Below are positions 1 through 5,115 of a stretch of 5,927 bases of DNA, piece by piece. Both the position numbers and the translations under genes were made by a program. Each line of letters begins with the position of its first letter. Within the stretch, counting starts at the first letter, position 1. The stretch is from IMG/VR virus record IMGVR_UViG_2698536458_000009. One strand, given 5' to 3'. This DNA comes from a virus. Lineage: Duplodnaviria > Heunggongvirae > Uroviricota > Caudoviricetes. The notes under the pieces are model-generated. The model did no database searches. It worked only from the letters and a program-made list of their open reading frames with translations, and had not been told where the DNA came from.

Positions 1-35
1 GCCAGCGGTAATTGAAGCCTGATAGCTAATTTCAC

Positions 36-458
36 TCACAGTACCGCCTCCTGAAAATCACCCTGATAGAAAGCCGGTACACGCTGCATAACTTCACTCT
101 TCCGGCACTCGCGACAGATTATGTTCTGATGTCTGTCGTAGCGGCGTATTTCTCCGTCCGGTAATGACCAGATAAGGTCCGGATCAACCACAGATGGTTT
201 CTTCAGCTTTGCCCTCGAGAGTTTTTTGCGGGCGTTTTGCCAGTCCTTACGAGCCTGTTCAGACGGGAATAACCCGTAGCCAGAGTTGTATACATCCCCA
301 CTGGCAACCAGCTCTCTGGCGAGAACGCTTATTAAATATCTTGTCGCCCCGGTTTTAGCTTCCAGTTGTCGTAACGTCTCGCGCCCACTCTGGCGTACGA
401 GTTCAACAACCTGCCCCTTAATTTTTTCCCGCTCTTCCTGTGTAAATACTTTTGCCAT
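36..458 (-). CDS. Hypothetical phage protein, about 140 aa, with a C-terminal CxxC motif (CRECRK); function unknown
   Basis: Complete ORF (track 36..473, whose first codon is TTG). The in-frame ATG at 458..456 (MAKVFTQEE...) is preferred because a G-rich stretch (ccgggggcgctt) precedes it. Stop of the upstream gene is at 474..476, so the two genes are tightly packed. No family recognised by eye. Confidence 0.55.
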   Translation of the reverse strand: MAKVFTQEEREKIKGQVVELVRQSGRETLRQLEAKTGATRYLISVLARELVASGDVYNSGYGLFPSEQARKDWQNARKKLSRAKLKKPSVVDPDLIWSLPDGEIRRYDRHQNIICRECRKSEVMQRVPAFYQGDFQEAVL

Positions 459-473
459 AAGCGCCCCCGGCAA

Positions 474-1199
474 TCACTTTTCCGACACAATACGACCGGA
501 GGAATCGACAATCTGTCGAACAATATCCCGGTGCTTGTTCAGCTCCCGCAACGCGGCGCAGACACGCTCCCACTTCTGGACATGACTTTTCGCCCGACGC
601 AGTTCGCGGTTTGCCATATGCAGCGATGGTAAAACCAGGTCATCCGCTTGCGTTTCGGTGAACGATGGCAACGACTGCACAATGTCCGCCACAGTTTCTG
701 TTTTAATTTCTTCCTGTGTTGCAGCTTCCTGTACCGGTAACGCAACACCTGCTGGCTGAGGAAAGACTTTACCATCCGTTTCCGCTATGGATGCGGCTTT
801 CGGCTCTGCCGGTAAATCAGCGCCCGGTATGCAGTACCGAAATTTACCGCCCTGATTCACGCGAATCAGACGCCCTTTGCTGATTGCCATGGCCAGCGAT
901 GAATTCGCCCGGCGGGAGGTAATCCCGAACATCAGTGCCAGCTCATCCGCCGTTTGTGGGCCATGTTGTTCAATCGCCTCAGTCAGCATTTGCGCTGTCA
1001 CTTTCGGTACCGGTGACACTGGTTCACTTTCACCAGCCTGAATCAGCCACCACATCGAACCCTTGTTATCCGCTTCACCACGGCGCTTCAGTTTCCACAG
1101 TTCGTTGACCGCATCTTCACGGCTGATTCCAAGGCGGGACGCCACCACATGTGAAGAGGCTCTTTTCAGTGCTTTCAGTGCGTCAAATACAGTTTCCAT
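474..1199 (-). CDS. Hypothetical phage protein, about 241 aa, with two N-terminal winged-helix-like segments and an acidic/helical C-terminus; possibly the DUF1627-type protein often found downstream of dnaC-like genes in lambdoid prophages
   Basis: ORF track 474..1217 begins with TTG. The in-frame ATG at 1199..1197 ([12 protein letters not shown]...) is preceded by GGAGG 8 nt upstream (ttGGAGGatgttttaATG). It lies immediately downstream of the DnaC-like stop (1221..1223). The segments [25 protein letters not shown] and [29 protein letters not shown] look like tandem wHTH units. Family assignment is from memory only. Confidence 0.6.
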   Translation of the reverse strand: METVFDALKALKRASSHVVASRLGISREDAVNELWKLKRRGEADNKGSMWWLIQAGESEPVSPVPKVTAQMLTEAIEQHGPQTADELALMFGITSRRANSSLAMAISKGRLIRVNQGGKFRYCIPGADLPAEPKAASIAETDGKVFPQPAGVALPVQEAATQEEIKTETVADIVQSLPSFTETQADDLVLPSLHMANRELRRAKSHVQKWERVCAALRELNKHRDIVRQIVDSSGRIVSEK

Positions 1200-1220
1200 T
1201 AAAACATCCTCCAACAAAAA

Positions 1221-1979
1221 TTACTTCACAACTCCCGGAAAGCTGACATTTGAACGCCAGCTATCCCAGTTAAACGTCACCCACCGACAACCGTTCATGG
1301 TCATGCGGTCCATAATCCTCTCACCAAGAAGCGTGCTCATTGCGGCATGATTCAGGTTTGTTAACATCCCGACACTGCACAGTGATGCTGTCCGGCGATC
1401 AATTATCTGGTGCAATACCACCTGCTCGTTTTTCGTCTCCCGCTGAATGCCTATTTCATCCAGGACCAGCAAATCAACCCCGCAAAGCTCCTGTAAAAAT
1501 TTTTCACCGGATTTGCCGTTGTCGTAGCTGTCATGCAACACGCTCATGACATCAGACTCGGTGACGATAATCACGCTGCGCCCCTTCGCCATCAGCCGGT
1601 TACCCATCGCCGCTGCAAGGTGATTTTTCCCGGTGCCGGTTTTACCGCTGAACACAAAATTCGTGCACCCGGTCATCAGTTCGTCAGCTATGGATTTGGC
1701 CTGGCTCAGCGCGTATTTTTGCCCGTCGTTCTGCACCTGATAATTCGCAAACGAGCATTTGCTGTGCAGAGGCTGGATGCCCGAACGATTCAGGATTTTT
1801 TCCACCCGCAACTGGCGATTCTGGCGGTTAATCTCCTCGCTGCGTTTTCGTCCTTCAGCAAGTTGCCATTCCCGCCANNNNNNNNNNNNNNNNNNNNNNN
1901 NNNNNNNNNNNNNNNNNNNNNNNNNNNNNNNNNNNNNNNNNNNNNNNNNNNNNNNNNNNNNNNNCCCCGGCTGCCGCAA
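1221..1979 (-). CDS. DnaC-like replicative helicase loader (AAA+ ATPase, lambda P-equivalent / Rac YdaV-like); N-terminus interrupted by an N-run
   Basis: Walker A FSGKTGTGKNHLAAA and Walker B DLLVLDEIG are present. The C-terminal half is close to E. coli DnaC as I recall it (GMLTNLN...LLGERIMDRM...WVTFNWDSWRS versus DnaC TGMLTNSN...LLGERVMDRM...WVIFNWDSYRS). Residues 6-34 are X because of the N-run at 1878..1964 (87 nt, 29 codons if the length is real). The track start at 1979 is TTG, so the true start is uncertain. Confidence 0.85.
   Translation of the reverse strand: MRQPGXXXXXXXXXXXXXXXXXXXXXXXXXXXXXWREWQLAEGRKRSEEINRQNRQLRVEKILNRSGIQPLHSKCSFANYQVQNDGQKYALSQAKSIADELMTGCTNFVFSGKTGTGKNHLAAAMGNRLMAKGRSVIIVTESDVMSVLHDSYDNGKSGEKFLQELCGVDLLVLDEIGIQRETKNEQVVLHQIIDRRTASLCSVGMLTNLNHAAMSTLLGERIMDRMTMNGCRWVTFNWDSWRSNVSFPGVVK
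1878..1964. other. Masked/undetermined bases (87 N) inside the 5' end of the DnaC-like gene
   Basis: Run of N in the supplied sequence; content unknown. Confidence 0.99.
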
Positions 1980-2032
1980 TGTTTTTCATGCCACATCACC
2001 CCCTGAATCCCGGCGGAATTTCGGTATCCGGT

Positions 2033-3082
2033 TCAGAAATATGATTCACACAACGCTGGTTGTTCGTGCCGCTTACCGGGAGCAACNNNNNNNNNNNNNN
2101 NGAGCAACCAGGGGTTTTCAAAATTCCGGTCCGGCCCAAAAAACGTCGTCGCTCGCTGAACAAATTCCGTTCCCGCTTTCCCGGTCGCCGCCAGGTATCT
2201 CGCGTAACGCCTCACACCATCCAGCATGGTCTCTGGTGGCACCCCCTCGCGCAATCTGGCCTTCCAGGCACTGAATGCGGATTTCTTCGGGTTTGCCCCG
2301 GCACGCAACGGGTATTCCCGCCAGACCTGTTCGAACACATCCGGATAATCCACTCGTCCCACAGGCTGCCCGGTGTTTTCCGGGGCTACCCGATCGGCTT
2401 CCCGCTGAATGGCGGAATCGGCTTCAGGCTGCTGCAGTTGGAGTGATTGCTCCGGCCTTGCGGTCATCACCTGCTGCACAGCGCCCGAATCGGCTTTCAG
2501 CGCATACGCTGAATCGGCTTCCGGTGTCGAGCCTGCTGGCTGACCAGGATTGACGGTCTGAACATCCCCTGCCTGGTTCGTGGCGTTTTTTACGCCATGG
2601 ACCATAGTGTTTTGATCTTCTTTATCTGTATCTTTATCTGTATCTGTCGTGACTCGTCGTGACATGTGCGTGACATTTCGTGACGCGCCGTGACAATCGC
2701 CATTTTGTTCCCGCTTTCTTTCCCTCTCTCGCTGCGCCCTCTTGCGCTCTGCAGGAGATTTTGCGGTTTGCGAAATATTGCCGTTGTCCTCTTTAAGCAC
2801 CTGGCGTTTTTCCCATCCAGTGATTAAATCACCATCAAGTACCCGCCCCTGCATCGTCTGCAAAATTGAATCAATTACCTCTTCTGTCACGTCGAGCGCA
2901 CTTGCCAAATCTTCTGTCGTGACATCAATGTGACCTCGCGTGACATTTCGTGACGCGCTCACCAGGAGGTGGATATACACTGCCATCACTGTTGCAATTG
3001 GCTGCCCTGACACCCTGGCAATTGTTCGCCACTTAGGGTCATTTGGCATGTCATGCCATAATCTGAGCCAGGCGTTAGCCAT
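2033..3082 (-). CDS. Replication initiator / replisome organiser (lambda O-like; Rac YdaU-like), about 349 aa, with a low-complexity repeat linker containing the putative origin
   Basis: Position between the cII-like and dnaC-like genes. N-terminal domain (WLRLWHDMPNDPKWRTIARVSGQPIATVMAVYIHLL) and C-terminal domain (VFEQVWREYPLRAGANPKKSAFSAWKARLREGVPPETMLDGVRRYARYLAATGK) resemble phage replication initiators. The track start at 3088 is GTG; the ATG at 3082..3080 has GAGG 5 nt upstream. The C-terminal 17 residues and the stop lie beyond the N-run at 2087..2101, so the 3' end is uncertain. Confidence 0.7.
   Translation of the reverse strand: MANAWLRLWHDMPNDPKWRTIARVSGQPIATVMAVYIHLLVSASRNVTRGHIDVTTEDLASALDVTEEVIDSILQTMQGRVLDGDLITGWEKRQVLKEDNGNISQTAKSPAERKRAQRERERKREQNGDCHGASRNVTHMSRRVTTDTDKDTDKEDQNTMVHGVKNATNQAGDVQTVNPGQPAGSTPEADSAYALKADSGAVQQVMTARPEQSLQLQQPEADSAIQREADRVAPENTGQPVGRVDYPDVFEQVWREYPLRAGANPKKSAFSAWKARLREGVPPETMLDGVRRYARYLAATGKAGTEFVQRATTFFGPDRNFENPWLLXXXXXVAPGKRHEQPALCESYF
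2087..2101. other. Masked/undetermined bases (15 N) near the 3' end of the O-like gene
   Basis: Run of N flanked on both sides by the direct repeat gagcaac (2080..2086 and 2102..2108). Confidence 0.99.
2619..2642. repeat. Tandem 12-bp AT-rich direct repeat (tctttatctgta x2) adjacent to the iteron cluster; candidate DNA-unwinding element
   Basis: tctttatctgta occurs at 2619..2630 and 2631..2642, followed by a partial copy (tctgtcgt). It encodes the DTDKDTDKED segment of the O-like protein. Confidence 0.5.
2648..2694. repeat. Iteron-like cluster A: five CGTGAC motifs phased at 10-11 bp inside the O-like gene (putative origin of replication)
   Basis: CGTGAC at 2648, 2658, 2669, 2679 and 2689. 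The cluster contains the 21-mer gcgtgacatttcgtgacgcgc (2668..2688), which is repeated exactly in cluster B. Confidence 0.6.
2918..2958. repeat. Iteron-like cluster B: four (C/T)GTGAC motifs phased at 10-11 bp; shares an exact 21-bp repeat with cluster A
   Basis: CGTGAC at 2918, 2939 and 2949, and TGTGAC at 2929. The 21-mer gcgtgacatttcgtgacgcgc sits at 2938..2958. An inverted copy GTCACG lies at 2886..2891. Confidence 0.55.
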
Positions 3083-3153
3083 ACTCACCTCTTCTGATAC
3101 CGAATCTTTTTACTCACGAGTTGCCGGGAGCGATTCGATATGGCTATTGTCAG

Positions 3154-3579
3154 TCAATGTACTGCCACAGCATTTCCTGCCGGGCCACCACGGTTCATCT
3201 GATTGAAACCGGCGATTGCCACTGCGACAAAATCATCAGCGTCTCTCACCAGTCGTTCATGCGTCTCCACCAGTTCCCGAAAATAAGCTGAACTGTGGCT
3301 GCGCATTCGAGCCACCAGCGGAGGTGGCATTGCCCTTTCGATCGCAGGTAACAACGCCTGAATTTTTTCAACAGCGTCAGGGGTGTCTTTATCCAGCCAA
3401 CGGAAAATCTTTTGGGTGTTGAGATAAAGCGTGTTGTGCTTGCTGTCGTTATGCAGAACCGGAAACGTCATTCCCAGTTCGAAATAAACCCTGGTTATTT
3501 CAGCTGCCGGAACTTTTTCACCGTCCGGATGCGCCCAGGCTTTCATCGCCATGCGGATGTGTTCATGCTTGATTTTCAT
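3154..3579 (-). CDS. YdaT-family protein (lambda CII-position analogue; annotated in some genomes as a toxin), 141 aa
   Basis: ATG at 3579..3577 overlaps the stop of the upstream cro-like gene (ATGA overlap). N-terminal MKIKHEHI and overall size match my recollection of Rac YdaT; the family call is from memory, not a search. Confidence 0.6.
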   Translation of the reverse strand: MKIKHEHIRMAMKAWAHPDGEKVPAAEITRVYFELGMTFPVLHNDSKHNTLYLNTQKIFRWLDKDTPDAVEKIQALLPAIERAMPPPLVARMRSHSSAYFRELVETHERLVRDADDFVAVAIAGFNQMNRGGPAGNAVAVH

Positions 3580-3839
3580 GAATCAACCCCCGCCGATGGT
3601 TGTGTGTTAGCCTGAAACTCAGCAGGCAAGCCGTCAGTTGGGTTGGGGTAGGTTTTACTGTCAATCTCATGTGGGGTCACCACCCATCCCGTTGCTTCAC
3701 ACCAACGTAATATTTTTTCTCCTGTAAGTTTTGCACGCCCCGTTATAACGTGGCTGACCATCCCTTGGGATGCGCCAACAATCTCAGCAAATGAACTCTG
3801 GGTTATATGAAAATGATGCAAATATTCTCCAAGATTCAT
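3576..3839 (-). CDS. Cro/YdaS-like HTH DNA-binding protein (lytic-side repressor), about 87 aa
   Basis: HTH-like segment QSSFAEIVGASQGMVSHVITG. Divergent from the repressor gene across an AT-rich intergenic region. The ATG at 3839..3837 has an agggcgga purine-rich stretch just upstream and is preferred over the track's ATG at 3866 (MVTHHIGRI extension), which has no RBS. Stop TGA at 3576..3578. Confidence 0.7.
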   Translation of the reverse strand: MNLGEYLHHFHITQSSFAEIVGASQGMVSHVITGRAKLTGEKILRWCEATGWVVTPHEIDSKTYPNPTDGLPAEFQANTQPSAGVDS

Positions 3840-3950
3840 AATCCGCCCTATGTGATGTGTTACCAATGCATAATTAATAGCACTGTTATTTTTAAAAGTA
3901 AATAGTGATGCTATTTCAAAGTGATTAGCAATCTTATTAGAATTGGATGT
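3840..3950. promoter_or_regulatory. Divergent promoter/operator region between the cro-like and repressor genes
   Basis: About 110 bp, AT-rich, non-coding, between divergent HTH genes. Repeated partial palindromes: AATAGCACTGTTATT (3876..3890) and AATAGTGATGCTATT (3901..3915), both of the form AATAG-N5-YTATT and 25 bp apart centre to centre. TAGCA/TGCTA occurs three times and AGTGAT at 3904 and 3920. No -35/-10 hexamers could be assigned confidently. Confidence 0.5.
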
Positions 3951-4451
3951 ATGAAAAGAAAATCATTGTCAGACACCGACCTCAACGCCGCCAGAAGACT
4001 GAAAGAAATCTGGATGGCAAAGAAATCTCAGTTGGGATTGACTCAGGAACGTGCGGCGGAAATTATGGGGTTTTCAACACAAGGGGCGGTAAGTCACTAC
4101 CTAAATGGTCAAACCCCACTAAACCTTGAGGCTGTTCTAAAGTTTGCTGGCTTACTGAAAGTTCCCCCTGAGTCAATCAGGCCAGACATGGTAGATTTGC
4201 TGCAAATTGCAAGGATGTATTGTCGAGAACCACAGCAAGATAACATAGTCGCATTACCAGCAGACACAGAACAAACAGAGGATGAACTACCGTTTGCCGT
4301 AGAGCCGATGGAACGAGATTTAATCCATACGTTCAGAGCTTTTCCGAAAGAAGATCAAGAACACATGCTTCAGGAGATGAAAGATAAAAAAGAATCAATG
4401 GATCGTACGGTTGCGCGGTGGTTAGCTGCACAAAAAGGCCGTCGCGCCTAA
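3951..4451 (+). CDS. paaR: HTH (Cro/C1-type) transcriptional repressor, PaaR-like (ParE-associated regulator); candidate prophage repressor lacking a LexA/S24 peptidase domain
   Basis: HTH segment LGLTQERAAEIMGFSTQGAVSHYLNG. First gene of an operon with the PaaA-like and ParE genes, and divergent from the cro-like gene. The ATG at 3951 (MKRKSLSD...) is preferred over the GTG at 3921. The C-terminal part shows no Ala-Gly cleavage site or Ser/Lys dyad region by eye. The paaR symbol is inferred from operon context. Confidence 0.7.
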   Translation: MKRKSLSDTDLNAARRLKEIWMAKKSQLGLTQERAAEIMGFSTQGAVSHYLNGQTPLNLEAVLKFAGLLKVPPESIRPDMVDLLQIARMYCREPQQDNIVALPADTEQTEDELPFAVEPMERDLIHTFRAFPKEDQEHMLQEMKDKKESMDRTVARWLAAQKGRRA

Positions 4452-4470
4452 ATCAGAGGAGATATGTAAA

Positions 4471-4665
4471 ATGAGTACAGTCCTTTCCCCAATGGTTTCA
4501 GAATTTGAGACAGTTGAGCAAGAAAATAGTTACAACGAATGGCTGCGGGCCAAAGTAGCAGCAAGCCTCGCGGATCCCCGCCCGGCGATTCCGCATGATG
4601 AGGTAATGGCGGAAATGGAACAAATTATTGCCCAAATTGCTGCTGCAACTCACAGAGGTGAATAA
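4471..4665 (+). CDS. paaA: PaaA-like antitoxin (ParE-associated antitoxin), 64 aa
   Basis: ATG at 4471 with AGAGGAG 9 nt upstream. The stop TAA (4663..4665) overlaps the ParE ATG (TAATG). The segment SPMVSEFETVEQENSYNEWLRAKVAASLADPRPAIPHDEV closely matches my recollection of E. coli O157 PaaA2; this was not verified by alignment. Confidence 0.8.
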   Translation: MSTVLSPMVSEFETVEQENSYNEWLRAKVAASLADPRPAIPHDEVMAEMEQIIAQIAAATHRGE

Positions 4666-4955
4666 TGTTACCCGTTTTATGGCTACCATCTGCTCGTGAT
4701 GATTTGCGCCAGATCGTAGCCTACATAGCTAAAGAAAATCCCGCGGCAGCACGCAGAATGAAAATTCGAATTGAAACATCCGTTTTGCCGCTCACAGAGC
4801 ATCCTTACCTGTATCCTCCAAGCGAGCGAGTTCTTGGTCTTCGTGAAATTGTAACTCATCCTAACTACATCATCCTTTACCGAGTAACAGCATCAAGCAT
4901 AGAAGTAGTAAATATTGTGCATTCTCGAAGACAGTATCCAGGCAAAAACAGTTAA
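4665..4955 (+). CDS. parE: ParE/RelE-superfamily toxin (ParE-like), 96 aa
   Basis: The ATG overlaps the antitoxin stop, with AGAGGTG 4 nt upstream. ParE-like sequence features: N-terminal WLPSARDDLRQIVAYIAKENPAAARRM and C-terminal REIV...YIILYRV...IEVVNIVHSRR. Stop TAA at 4953..4955. Confidence 0.85.
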   Translation: MLPVLWLPSARDDLRQIVAYIAKENPAAARRMKIRIETSVLPLTEHPYLYPPSERVLGLREIVTHPNYIILYRVTASSIEVVNIVHSRRQYPGKNS

Positions 4956-4971
4956 TTATTCCCGCCGACAG

Positions 4972-4996
4972 AACCACCTTAGGGTGGTTTTTTCTT
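4972..4996 (+). terminator. Putative intrinsic (rho-independent) terminator downstream of parE
   Basis: Stem AACCACC (4972..4978) pairs with GGTGGTT (4983..4989) around loop TTAG, followed by a T-tract (4990..4993, then ctt). It begins 17 nt after the parE stop. Confidence 0.6.
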
Positions 4997-5007
4997 GCCC
5001 CAACAAA

Positions 5008-5115
5008 AAACAATAGCNNNNNNNNNNNNNNNNNNNNNNNNNNNNNNNNNNNNNNNNNNNNNNNNNNNNNNNNNNNNNNNNNNNNNNNNNNNNNNNNNNN
5101 NNNNNNGCTATTGTT
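5008..5115. repeat. Perfect 10-bp inverted repeat (aaacaatagc / gctattgttt) directly abutting both ends of an 89-nt masked segment; unknown palindromic or small element
   Basis: Left arm 5008..5017 and right arm 5107..5116 are exact reverse complements. N-run 5018..5106 lies between them. Confidence 0.4.
5018..5106. other. Masked/undetermined bases (89 N)
   Basis: Run of N in the supplied sequence; content unknown. Confidence 0.99.

Noticed and set aside
286-585. Plus-strand ORF (99 aa) overlapping the minus-strand genes at 36..458 and 474..1199; also the 63-aa and 78-aa minus-strand ORFs at 332..523 and 539..775
   Set aside because: These are antisense or alternate-frame shadows inside better-supported genes. 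They have no RBS and low-complexity Ser/Arg-rich translations typical of shadow ORFs.
1790-1999. Minus-strand ORF 1790..1999 (69 aa), mostly X
   Set aside because: Almost entirely composed of masked bases; it is an alternate frame of the DnaC-like region.
1063-2553. Plus-strand ORFs 1063..1350, 1340..1549, 1533..2006, 1759..2274, 2060..2446 and 2275..2553
   Set aside because: They lie antisense to the DnaC-like and O-like genes in GC-rich coding DNA. Several span N-runs, so part of their length is artefactual. Translations are Arg/Pro/Ser-rich with no recognisable motifs.
2648-2958. CGTGAC repeats considered as a possible CRISPR array
   Set aside because: Repeat units are 6-21 bp at 10-11 bp phasing inside a coding sequence, far shorter than CRISPR repeat-spacer units, and there are no regular unique spacers. 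Origin iterons are the better explanation.
3083-3153. Possible terminator or nut-like element between the YdaT-like and O-like genes (inverted repeat cgaatc 3101..3106 / gattcg 3132..3137; near-palindrome actcacgagt 3112..3121)
   Set aside because: The stem is only 6 bp with a 25-nt loop and no U-tract, so it is not a convincing intrinsic terminator, and no boxA/boxB-like pattern could be identified confidently by eye.
2742-3422. Plus-strand ORFs 2742..2933, 2940..3206 and 3216..3422
   Set aside because: Antisense to the O-like and YdaT-like genes; no RBS and no recognisable domains.
3412-3615. Plus-strand ORF (67 aa) overlapping the YdaT-like/cro-like junction
   Set aside because: Antisense to two translationally coupled, better-supported genes.
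3947-4129. Plus-strand 60-aa ORF in a different frame within paaR
   Set aside because: Out-of-frame overlap with the HTH-encoding region of the repressor; Arg/Gly-rich shadow translation.
4498-4689. Minus-strand 63-aa ORF antisense to paaA
   Set aside because: Antisense to a gene with strong RBS and homology support; no independent signals. An antisense regulatory RNA cannot be excluded, but nothing in the sequence specifically supports it.
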